A stretch of 64,000 nt of DNA from a virus. Shown here piece by piece: positions 49,548 to 58,201 of this stretch (its first letter is position 1; each line of letters opens with the position of its first letter). Where the stretch lies: positions 1 through 64,000 of the IMG/VR virus record IMGVR_UViG_3300007512_001547. The stretch is one strand, 5' to 3'. The notes below the pieces were generated by a model, which was given only the letters and a program-made list of their open reading frames with translations, searched no databases and had not been told where the DNA came from. Made by a program: the position numbers and the translations under genes.

Positions 49548-50043
49548 AACAGGTGATTGTATCTTTACAGAAGAAGATGCAATAGATTCACTCTATACTA
49601 ATCCAGACTTCGATATATCAAAATTATTCTTTGAAGACACTGAACAATACAATAACAGCATAAAAAATACCGGAATTGATCTACAACAATTACAAACTGT
49701 ACCAAAACGACCTACTCCAGCAAAAGTTGATGCAACAAATATTGCTAATTGGCACATGCCACAAAAGTATTATGAATTAAATGTATTGGAATGGTTATTG
49801 AATAAGTGTCAAAACGATTTTGAGAAAAAAAGAGTAGAACAAGAATATTTGTTATTTGAAAAGAAAAACTTTATAAAAGTATTACAATTTTTAATCTACT
49901 TTGTAGATACATTACGAAAAAACAATATAGTATGGGGTGTGGGTAGAGGTAGTAGTGTGGCAAGTTTTTGTTTATTTTTAATTGGCGTACATAAGATAAA
50001 TCCATTGCAATATAACTTAAATATCGCCGAATTTTTAAGATGA
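49522..50043 (+). CDS. DNA polymerase III alpha (DnaE) N-terminal-palm fragment
   Basis: KRVEQE..LF...F...L....D......I.WGVGRGSSVAS..LFLIGVHKINPL.Y.L...FLR. Confidence 0.85.
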   Translation: MVGKIKINETGDCIFTEEDAIDSLYTNPDFDISKLFFEDTEQYNNSIKNTGIDLQQLQTVPKRPTPAKVDATNIANWHMPQKYYELNVLEWLLNKCQNDFEKKRVEQEYLLFEKKNFIKVLQFLIYFVDTLRKNNIVWGVGRGSSVASFCLFLIGVHKINPLQYNLNIAEFLR

Positions 50044-50069
50044 TAAGTAAAATATAATAGGAGCATAAA

Positions 50070-50456
50070 ATGGTAGCAAGAGCACCCAGAAAAAGAATGT
50101 ATAGAACAATGCAAGGTCGTATGGTAGATATTGAAAAATTACGAACGGCAAACGAAACAGTTAGAGCCGTTGGTAATATGAATGTTAATGCTAGAGGTGA
50201 TGTATTAGGACCACATGGACAAATTGTAACATCAAAAGCAGAAGTAATGAAAACATATTACGAACAACCAAAAGGTAAGGTTGATGATACACCTGCAAGA
50301 GCAAAACCTACACCTCCAAGAAAAACACCTCCAACACCAGTACAAAAAATGACTCCAGTGGAATCAAAACCAACTGCTAAACCAGTAGAAACATTTAAAC
50401 CAAAAACTCCCACTGAGAAAAAAGGTATTGACGCCGCACTTGACGGATTAGAATAA
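50070..50456 (+). CDS. Hypothetical protein with Pro/Lys/Thr-rich tail
   Basis: AGGAG RBS; YRTMQGRMVDIEKLR..NE...AVGNMNVNARGD. Confidence 0.75.
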   Translation: MVARAPRKRMYRTMQGRMVDIEKLRTANETVRAVGNMNVNARGDVLGPHGQIVTSKAEVMKTYYEQPKGKVDDTPARAKPTPPRKTPPTPVQKMTPVESKPTAKPVETFKPKTPTEKKGIDAALDGLE

Positions 50457-50474
50457 ATCTTATATAATACTTCT

Positions 50475-50918
50475 ATGTCACAAATAGAGGACTTACAAGC
50501 AAAAGGATTTGGATCGCATGGCGGTAAACAATACACCGTTGATCATGATATCACTCCACTTAAAAAAAGAGTATTAGTATCTGATATGCACTTCGGTGAA
50601 ACAAGATCTAAAGGCGGTATTATACTTGTAGATGACGATGGATCACAATCAGGTATTCATCCTAGATGGGCAAAAGTTTATGCTATTGGAAATCAACAAG
50701 AAGATGTAAAAATTGGACAATGGCTATTAGTTTCACACGGTCGTTGGTCTAGAGCATTCAAAGTTGCTAAAAACGGTATTGAATTAGAAGTAAGAATGAT
50801 TGACGAAAACGATATCTTGCTTGTATCAGACGAAGAGCCAGAACAAAATAGAAAACAAGCCGGATATGTCAACACAGGTGGACACCAACAAATGACTAAA
50901 CTTCCCGGCAATGACTAA
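50475..50918 (+). CDS. GroES/Cpn10-like co-chaperonin
   Basis: PLKKRVLV, SKGGIIL, KVYAIG, DVKIG. Confidence 0.85.
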   Translation: MSQIEDLQAKGFGSHGGKQYTVDHDITPLKKRVLVSDMHFGETRSKGGIILVDDDGSQSGIHPRWAKVYAIGNQQEDVKIGQWLLVSHGRWSRAFKVAKNGIELEVRMIDENDILLVSDEEPEQNRKQAGYVNTGGHQQMTKLPGND

Positions 50919-51297
50919 AAAAATTAAACTTAAAAGAATGTTTGTGCCTATAGACAAACTTGTCACAATGGCCGAACTAGGGTTGGGTGCAAAACGACCA
51001 CTCAACAAAGAAAAAAGAGGTTGGATAAACAAACTAAAAAAACAATCAGAGCCGTTGGATCCAATACTTGTAACACCTATAAAAGATTCTGGTTACTTTC
51101 TATTAACAGATGGATGGCATAGAGTACAGGCGGCAAAAGCAATGAAAGAAAAAGAAATCGAAGCACTACCATTACCAGCAGATATAGGATTAAGCATGGC
51201 TAAAGCAAATAAAATTTTACGAGATATCGATCGTCAATATGGATTTAAATTAGAATGCAGTGAAATTATAGGAGAATGGGCATTCTACAAAGATTGA
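50911..51297 (+). CDS. Stand-alone ParB/sulfiredoxin-like domain protein
   Basis: PILV......LLTDGWHRVQA. Confidence 0.75.
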   Translation: MTKKIKLKRMFVPIDKLVTMAELGLGAKRPLNKEKRGWINKLKKQSEPLDPILVTPIKDSGYFLLTDGWHRVQAAKAMKEKEIEALPLPADIGLSMAKANKILRDIDRQYGFKLECSEIIGEWAFYKD

Positions 51298-51328
51298 CAA
51301 TTAACAATAATTTATATATTATTACTAT

Positions 51329-52255
51329 ATGAAAGAACTTTGGGTAGAGAAGTATAGACCAAAAACATTAAAAGAATATGTTGTTCGTGATGAAGCACAA
51401 CGACAACAAATACAATCTTGGATAAATGATAAAGCAATTCCACATTTATTATTAAGTGGTGCACCTGGTGTTGGTAAAACTACACTTGCAAAAGTATTAT
51501 TCAACGAACTTGAAGTAAGCAGTTATGATATATTAGAAATAAATGCTTCTAGAGAAAATTCTGTAGATATTGTAAGAGAAAAAATTAATAACTTTGTACA
51601 AATTATGCCATTTGGTGCATACAAATATGTATTACTTGATGAAGCAGACTATATGAGTCCAAATGGACAAGCGGCATTACGTGGTGTAATGGAAACATAT
51701 CATACTTCAGCAAGATTTATAATAACTTGCAATTATCCAAATAGAATTATTCCGGCACTTCATAGTAGATGTCAAGGTTTCCATATGGAAGTAATTGACA
51801 AAACAGAATTTACAGCAAGGGTAGCAGAAATATTAATTTCTGAACAAACTGAACAAGACATTGAAACTCTAGACACTTATGTAAAAGCAACATATCCTGA
51901 TTTAAGAAAATGTATTAATATGATACAGCAAAATTGCAGAGATGGCAAACTTATGCCACCAACAAGTGGAGATTCAGGACAACAAGATTATAGATTACAA
52001 ATGGTTGAGCTGTTTAAAGCAGGTAAAATAAACGAAGCAAGAAAATTAGTATGTAGTCAAGCAAGGCCCGAAGAATGTGAAGAAATATACAGATGGTTGT
52101 ATGATAATTTAGAAATAATATCCAAAGAAGATGAGCTACAAGACAAAGCAGTGCTAATTATTAAGCAGGGATTAGTAGATCATTCATTTGTTGCTGATCC
52201 TGAAATAAATTTAGCAAGTGTTATGATTAAACTAGCAAGGTTAAACAATGGGTAA
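51329..52255 (+). CDS. Clamp-loader AAA+ subunit (T4 gp44/RFC-like)
   Basis: LWVEKYRP, GAPGVGKTT, INAS, LLDEAD, NY...II.ALHSRC, YPDLRK. Confidence 0.95.
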   Translation: MKELWVEKYRPKTLKEYVVRDEAQRQQIQSWINDKAIPHLLLSGAPGVGKTTLAKVLFNELEVSSYDILEINASRENSVDIVREKINNFVQIMPFGAYKYVLLDEADYMSPNGQAALRGVMETYHTSARFIITCNYPNRIIPALHSRCQGFHMEVIDKTEFTARVAEILISEQTEQDIETLDTYVKATYPDLRKCINMIQQNCRDGKLMPPTSGDSGQQDYRLQMVELFKAGKINEARKLVCSQARPEECEEIYRWLYDNLEIISKEDELQDKAVLIIKQGLVDHSFVADPEINLASVMIKLARLNNG

Positions 52256-52526
52256 AAAACATAATAAAAAAAGATTCTTTTGTGTCAAATACATTATAAA
52301 ACCGGATAAAAAGTTTGACGAATTTGTAGAACTATCCAAAAAGAAAATTGGTCCTGGAAAAATGTTAGAATACACTGTGGTGTTAGATCTTGTAAATGAG
52401 GAAATTATTAAGAACGATCTGCCTGGCATACCAGTTGCAGAAAGAGATAATATACCCTATTCACGTATTCTAGACCACTATAAAAAGTGGTATGCCGAAG
52501 CAATTAATACCTTTCTTGAGTCATAG
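52248..52526 (+). CDS. Hypothetical protein
   Basis: 92-aa coupled ORF. Confidence 0.7.
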   Translation: MGKKHNKKRFFCVKYIIKPDKKFDEFVELSKKKIGPGKMLEYTVVLDLVNEEIIKNDLPGIPVAERDNIPYSRILDHYKKWYAEAINTFLES

Positions 52527-52549
52527 TCTAATCGCTAAATAGTAGCATT

Positions 52550-53032
52550 ATGCATGATGTATTAGATATAATCCGTAACGTACAGTCTTTATACGCAGTA
52601 GGACCTACTTTAACAATTTTAAAAGATTTTGAAAGAGTTTTAGACGAGTTAGATGTGTATGTTTTTCAAAATTGGGAAGATGGTGAATTACTATCAGGAC
52701 CAGTTGATTCAAGACATTTTGTTACTTGTTCATTTATGTGGCCTGCTGATAAAATGCCTGACCCTTCAGGTGGCAAAAGATTGTTAGACAGAGGTTGTAA
52801 AGTTACATATGCAAAAGACGAATTACTAAAACCAAGAGAAATAAAGTCTCCGGAAGATTATAGACCAGGTACAACTAAAGGTAAAATTGATGGGCACGAT
52901 ATTTGGGTAGTAGAGATTAAAATGCCAAAAGAATTAATTGGTAATTTTAAACATGGCAAAGACGAAATTGATAGCCAAGACGAATCTGATATGGGTGCAG
53001 GGGACCTAAATAGTTTAGATGCAACAATTTAA
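52550..53032 (+). CDS. Hypothetical phage protein
   Basis: 160 aa after TAAATA motif. Confidence 0.75.
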   Translation: MHDVLDIIRNVQSLYAVGPTLTILKDFERVLDELDVYVFQNWEDGELLSGPVDSRHFVTCSFMWPADKMPDPSGGKRLLDRGCKVTYAKDELLKPREIKSPEDYRPGTTKGKIDGHDIWVVEIKMPKELIGNFKHGKDEIDSQDESDMGAGDLNSLDATI

Positions 53033-53759
53033 TGAAGGATTAAAAGCTGGCGATTTAGAAGGCGTTGTTTCAAAAACGTTCTCAGTAGATCAATATAAAT
53101 CAAAAATGGGCGATGACAGGAACATTATGGTTCTTGCATTTGTTGTTAATGGTTTAGCACCAGCAAAAGATTTAGAACGTTTCGCTGAAACTGGATACAA
53201 AGAAGTATTAGATGCAGATGCTACGCCAGGCACAATGGCAGATGGCAAACATAGAGTATTTGTTGAGTTTCAAAGAGATGAAAAAGTTGATCGACACATT
53301 TATAAATTTTTAGAAGACCTTAAAAAATTAACTAATATTGAGACGTTCCATTTTACATATCATAAAAGAGATGTACCATTTGAAGCATCAGCAAAGAATC
53401 TAGCGGATGTATTACCAAGAACACCAATAGCATACACACAAAAAATTAGTTCATTAAGATTAGGTGAAGTAAAAAATTTCTTTGATAAGTTTAATATGAT
53501 GGAATTTAAGTTAGATAACAATATTGTTGACATAAAAAAACAAAATGCAGAAGCACTTAAATTTGAATTACACGCATTTGGTGATACACAAATGATAATA
53601 AACGAAGTAAAAGCATTTAAAATAGATCAAGAAGCAATGAGTGAGTGTATCTACCTCACAAAATATTTTGGACCATATCAAATTACCAAAACTACAGAAG
53701 ACAGATTCATTTTTTCTAAAGGCCAAGAGTCGGCTTTGTTAAGTAAAAGTGGATGGTAA
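53019..53759 (+). CDS. Hypothetical phage protein
   Basis: 246-aa coupled ORF. Confidence 0.75.
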   Translation: MQQFNEGLKAGDLEGVVSKTFSVDQYKSKMGDDRNIMVLAFVVNGLAPAKDLERFAETGYKEVLDADATPGTMADGKHRVFVEFQRDEKVDRHIYKFLEDLKKLTNIETFHFTYHKRDVPFEASAKNLADVLPRTPIAYTQKISSLRLGEVKNFFDKFNMMEFKLDNNIVDIKKQNAEALKFELHAFGDTQMIINEVKAFKIDQEAMSECIYLTKYFGPYQITKTTEDRFIFSKGQESALLSKSGW

Positions 53760-54217
53760 GATTAAGCGAAAATTTCAGTTTACAAGAATTTACTAAAAGT
53801 CAAACTGCTGAACGAAGAGGCATTGATAATACTCCTGTTGAAGGACATTTAGAAAATGCAAAAGCATTATTTGAAAATGTAGTACAACCTGTTAGAGATA
53901 ACTTTGGCGTAACAGTAATTAATTCAGGATATAGAAGTGGTGATTTAAACTATGCAATTGGTGGTTCAAATACTTCACAACATTGTAAAGGACAAGCAGT
54001 AGATATAGAATGTCCAGGCACTCCAAACTATGACGTTGCCAAGTGGATTGAAGATAACCTTGATTTTGACCAATTAATTTTGGAATTTTACACACCAGGC
54101 ATACCAGATTCTGGTTGGATTCATGTTAGTTATAAAACAGAAGACAATCGCAACGCATCATTAACAGCGATGAAAGAAAATGGAAAAACAGTCTACAAGC
54201 CTGGTTTAATTCAATAA
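53753..54217 (+). CDS. Peptidase M15A, probable endolysin
   Basis: INSGYRS, SQHCKGQAVDI, WIHVS Zn ligands. Confidence 0.92.
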   Translation: MVRLSENFSLQEFTKSQTAERRGIDNTPVEGHLENAKALFENVVQPVRDNFGVTVINSGYRSGDLNYAIGGSNTSQHCKGQAVDIECPGTPNYDVAKWIEDNLDFDQLILEFYTPGIPDSGWIHVSYKTEDNRNASLTAMKENGKTVYKPGLIQ

Positions 54218-54228
54218 ATACGTACATT

Positions 54229-54702
54229 ATGTTCGGACAAATTAGAATGATTTTTACCCTAATTATCATTATGGGTATAGCAGGTGCAGGTATGTATGTT
54301 TTCAAATTGAGAGCAGACAATGCCACACTTAAAGCAAACCAAATACAATTAGAAACTGCTATTACAGAACAGAACAAAGTTCTAGAACAACAAAAAGCAG
54401 ATTTTGAAGCAATCATGGAAAGTAATAAAAAATTAAATGTCTTAATACAAACATTTAAAAAAGATTTAGACGATTTAGATAAAAGATTTAATAAGAAAAA
54501 AAGAGATGTTGGCAAACTAGCAATAGCAAAAACAAAATCAGTTGAAAGAATTATAAACAAAGGTGCTGAGAATGCCCAAAGATGTGTTGAGTTGGCATCA
54601 GGTGCTGAACACACAGAAGAAGAATTAAAAGCAACAAAACGATCGGAGATTAATACGGAATGCCCAAGTTTAGCAAACCCGAGTTACGTACATTATGAGT
54701 AA
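54229..54702 (+). CDS. Putative i-spanin
   Basis: N-terminal TM, long coiled coil, C-terminal Cys residues; follows endolysin. Confidence 0.65.
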   Translation: MFGQIRMIFTLIIIMGIAGAGMYVFKLRADNATLKANQIQLETAITEQNKVLEQQKADFEAIMESNKKLNVLIQTFKKDLDDLDKRFNKKKRDVGKLAIAKTKSVERIINKGAENAQRCVELASGAEHTEEELKATKRSEINTECPSLANPSYVHYE

Positions 54703-55045
54703 AATTATTGCATTAGTATTAATAGTGTTTTTAACTGGTTGTTCAATCGGTGGTGAGAAAAAAATAAAAATATTTTCAGTCGAAGAGCCAAGACAAAAAT
54801 TAGATTATCCAATGCCTACTGCATTACAACTTGAACAACTTAAATGGATAGTCATTACAAGTGCAAACGCAGAAGAAGTATTTAAAAAATTAGAAGAAGC
54901 AGGAATTGATCCTGTATTATTTGGATTAACAGATAAAGATTTTGAAATGCTGGCAAAAAACTTTGCACAAATAAGACAAAAATTACAAGAAACTAACAAT
55001 TTATTAGAAGAATACAAAAAATATTACGAAACGGAAAGTGAATAA
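54695..55045 (+). CDS. Putative o-spanin lipoprotein
   Basis: Lipobox LTG-C; overlaps i-spanin end. Confidence 0.65.
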   Translation: MSKIIALVLIVFLTGCSIGGEKKIKIFSVEEPRQKLDYPMPTALQLEQLKWIVITSANAEEVFKKLEEAGIDPVLFGLTDKDFEMLAKNFAQIRQKLQETNNLLEEYKKYYETESE

Positions 55046-55272
55046 TGTTTATCTTTCATTGGATTAAAGAATTTTTTTTAACAATATGGTTTTGGATCGT
55101 AGGACATCCTTTGGAACTAACTTATTGGTTTGAAGGAACTGAATTTAAAGTACAAGTACGTAAATTTAAAGAAGTAAAACCAAATCATATTGTTTTTAAA
55201 AATATGGATACTGATAAACACGTTGTTGTTAAATCAGATGTACCAATCAAATATATAGTAAGGGAAAAATAA
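55045..55272 (+). CDS. Hypothetical protein
   Basis: 75-aa coupled ORF. Confidence 0.65.
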   Translation: MFIFHWIKEFFLTIWFWIVGHPLELTYWFEGTEFKVQVRKFKEVKPNHIVFKNMDTDKHVVVKSDVPIKYIVREK

Positions 55273-55709
55273 TGTACGAATATAGATGTAAAGTGTTAAA
55301 AGTAATTGACGGTGATACTGTTGATGTTGATATTGACTTAGGTTTTGGTACGTGGATACACAATGAACGTGTTAGAATTATGGGAATAGACACACCTGAA
55401 TCAAGAACAAGCAATGACATAGAAAAGAAATTTGGATTAGCGGCTAAAAATAGATTACAAGAGTTATTAGGTGAGAATGCTATTTTAAAAACACAAGTAA
55501 GCAAAAAAGGTGAAGATATGAAGGGTAAATTTGGACGTATCCTAGGTAATTTTAAAACTGAAGATGGGCGTATATGTGCAACTATACTTTGTGAAGAAGG
55601 TCATGCTGTGGCTTATTTTGGTGGTGCTAAAGAAGATATACACGAACAACACATTAAAAATAGAAAAAAACTTGTTAAAGAGGGTCTAGTTGAAGGCCCA
55701 ATTCAATAA
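55272..55709 (+). CDS. SNase/thermonuclease-like nuclease
   Basis: VIDGDTVDV, RVRIMGIDTPE, GKFGRILG. Confidence 0.9.
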   Translation: MYEYRCKVLKVIDGDTVDVDIDLGFGTWIHNERVRIMGIDTPESRTSNDIEKKFGLAAKNRLQELLGENAILKTQVSKKGEDMKGKFGRILGNFKTEDGRICATILCEEGHAVAYFGGAKEDIHEQHIKNRKKLVKEGLVEGPIQ

Positions 55710-55730
55710 ATACGTATAAAAAGGAAAAAC

Positions 55731-56321
55731 ATGGAATTTATAATAACACTTGCAATGAAATTTTGGCAATGGACTTTAGTGATTGTTTTTATTCTAATAG
55801 GTTGGCTTATAAACGTATTAGATAAAAGAAAACCACCTAAAGTAGAATTTACATATAAAGAATTTCCACATATGCAACCATTAAAAATATCTACAAAAGG
55901 TATAGGATTTTTTAAAGGTATATTAATGTGGATACTATCAACAAGAAACTGGACTGTCACAAAAGATTGGTACTACAACATAAACGGAACTGATTACGTA
56001 ATACCTGCAGGATTTACATTTGATGGTGCAAGTATTCCAAAATTCCTAAGAACTTTTTTCTCTCCAGTTGGAGTATTATTAATGGGTGGACTTGTACACG
56101 ACTACGGTTACAAGTATCAAACACTACTTCTTAAAAACAAAAAAGAAACTATTGGCATTAAAGATCAAAAATGGATGGATAAAACATTCAGAGATATTAA
56201 CATCTTTGTTAACGGGTTTTATACTATGAACTACCTATCATATTGGTCATTGAGACTTGGCGGTTTTATGGCATGGAACGGACACAGAAAAAGAAATGCT
56301 AAAATTGAAGGTATAAAATAA
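55731..56321 (+). CDS. DUF1353-family protein with N-terminal TM
   Basis: IPAGF.FDGASIP, LVHDYGY, D.TFRDI. Confidence 0.8.
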   Translation: MEFIITLAMKFWQWTLVIVFILIGWLINVLDKRKPPKVEFTYKEFPHMQPLKISTKGIGFFKGILMWILSTRNWTVTKDWYYNINGTDYVIPAGFTFDGASIPKFLRTFFSPVGVLLMGGLVHDYGYKYQTLLLKNKKETIGIKDQKWMDKTFRDINIFVNGFYTMNYLSYWSLRLGGFMAWNGHRKRNAKIEGIK

Positions 56322-56644
56322 TGGCTGACGATTTAGTTAAAGTTAAAAAAACTACAGAAGAATACGAATTAAAAAAAAGCGATCTTGTTCCAGAAACTGG
56401 TGATGACGCTCCTACGGTAACAAATAAAATTGCAGGATTATTAGATAAATTTAGAGTTATTCCTCGACTAGTAATGTTGGCCTACATCTTTGCTTTTTAT
56501 ACATCAGTTAAATGGTTTATGGGTTTAGAAGATCCAACAAATGCTCAAGCTATGTTTATATCAACAATAGTTGGTGCCGGTGCGGCATTCTTTGGATTGT
56601 ATGTTGGTAAGCCAGGAGCAACACTTCCAAAAAACAAAAAATAA
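56321..56644 (+). CDS. Two-TM holin-like membrane protein
   Basis: Two hydrophobic helices, basic C-terminus, near lysis genes. Confidence 0.5.
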   Translation: MADDLVKVKKTTEEYELKKSDLVPETGDDAPTVTNKIAGLLDKFRVIPRLVMLAYIFAFYTSVKWFMGLEDPTNAQAMFISTIVGAGAAFFGLYVGKPGATLPKNKK

Positions 56645-56654
56645 TTACCAAACA

Positions 56655-56684
56655 TTGACAATTCACAGATCTGTAATATAATAA
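56655..56684 (+). promoter_or_regulatory. Sigma70-type promoter for dnaJ-def-clpA
   Basis: TTGACA-18 nt-TATAAT. Confidence 0.55.
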
Positions 56685-56693
56685 TTACTGTAA

Positions 56694-57536
56694 ATGAAGA
56701 ATTATTATGATATGCTAGGTGTGGCTGAAAACGCATCTAATGACCAAATAAAAAAGGCTTTTAAAAGTATTGCTAAAAAAGAACACCCAGATCGTGGTGG
56801 CGATGAAGTAAAATTTAAAGAAGCCAACGAAGCATACGACACATTAAAAGATACAAAGAAAAGACACGAGTATGATACTGTAAGAAAGTATGGTCAAAGT
56901 ATGGGTGGACAAGGTGGAAACTTCCATTTTACTTCAGAAGACTTTTTTGGCGATGATATATTTGAAAATTTCTTTTCTGGATTTGGCGGACCTAATGTGC
57001 GAACAAGATTCCGTCAAAGACAACGTGCAAACAAATCAGTAAATGTACGTATGGCAATATCAATTAAAGAAGCAATGAATAGTATGGAAAAAACTATTAA
57101 CTATAGATTGCCATCAGGCAAAGAAGAATTTGCCACAGTTAAAATACCTGCTGGTATACAACATGGAGTAACTTTCAAATATAAAGGTATGGGAGATAAT
57201 TCACTTAAAAGTATACCACGTGGAGATTTATTAGTACAAATGAGTGTATTAGATTCTGATGGTTATACAAGAGACGGAAACGACTTACATACTAATAAAA
57301 CTATTGATTGTTTTCAAGCTATAAGAGGATGTGTAATAGAATTAAAAACATTAACTGATTCTACTATAAAAGTGCAAGTACCTGCAGGCACACAACCAGA
57401 TACATTAATTGCTTGTAAGGGACAAGGTATGCCTATACACAAAACGTTAAATATTAGAGGAAATCTGTATGTGAAAATTATAGTTTTAATTCCACAACTA
57501 TCAGCTGGTGACTTAAAGAAAATAAAAGATTTATGA
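56694..57536 (+). CDS. DnaJ class B (CbpA-like) co-chaperone, no Zn finger
   Basis: YYDMLGV, HPD, EANEAY..L, G/F-rich linker, GDLL, RGNLYV. Confidence 0.93.
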   Translation: MKNYYDMLGVAENASNDQIKKAFKSIAKKEHPDRGGDEVKFKEANEAYDTLKDTKKRHEYDTVRKYGQSMGGQGGNFHFTSEDFFGDDIFENFFSGFGGPNVRTRFRQRQRANKSVNVRMAISIKEAMNSMEKTINYRLPSGKEEFATVKIPAGIQHGVTFKYKGMGDNSLKSIPRGDLLVQMSVLDSDGYTRDGNDLHTNKTIDCFQAIRGCVIELKTLTDSTIKVQVPAGTQPDTLIACKGQGMPIHKTLNIRGNLYVKIIVLIPQLSAGDLKKIKDL

Positions 57537-58036
57537 TACAATTATTCTCATGGCCACATCAAGTATTAAATGAAGTAAGTTCTGTTTGGACTAAAGAAGA
57601 TTCTATTAAAGGTTACAATGACATAGAACAATTTGAAAATGATATGATAAAATTTATGTTAGAAAATAAAGGAATGGGTCTTGCGGCAAACCAAATAGGG
57701 ATTACCAAGCGATTCTTTGCAATTGGTAGTGATACGTTTGACAAATTTAAAAAACCTGTTATAATATGGAATCCACGGGTGATAACAGAAAGTGAAGAAA
57801 AAGTTATACACGAGGAAGGGTGTTTAAGTTTTAAAGGCATCTTTATAAAAGTAGAAAGACCAAAAGTAATAGAAGTAGAATATGAAACAACGCAAGAAAC
57901 AAAAGAAACAGCAAGACTGGACAACATGGAATCCAAGTGTTTCCAACATGAACTTGATCACCTTGAAGGTATTACGTTTAATAAAAGAATTAGTAAATTA
58001 CGATGGGACATGGCAAAGAAAAAAATAACAGGATAA
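57533..58036 (+). CDS. def: Peptide deformylase
   Basis: GMGLAANQIG, EGCLS, QHELDHLEG. Confidence 0.97.
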   Translation: MIQLFSWPHQVLNEVSSVWTKEDSIKGYNDIEQFENDMIKFMLENKGMGLAANQIGITKRFFAIGSDTFDKFKKPVIIWNPRVITESEEKVIHEEGCLSFKGIFIKVERPKVIEVEYETTQETKETARLDNMESKCFQHELDHLEGITFNKRISKLRWDMAKKKITG

Positions 58037-58201
58037 AAAAGAAAAAGGTATGGAAAATTTTAGATGGAACTTACAAGAAACCAATAGGCAAAGAGGATGT
58101 AGAGAGACTAATAGCGGCAGTACAACAGGAATGCTATTGGGACGACAGAGATGTGGAAACTTGGGACGAAATAAACTCGGGCAAAATAGATTGGAGTGGA
58201 G

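Noticed and set aside
49522-50043. Split-intein explanation for the DnaE fragment
   Set aside because: No intein N-terminal block (C/S start with conserved motifs) follows the extein-like sequence
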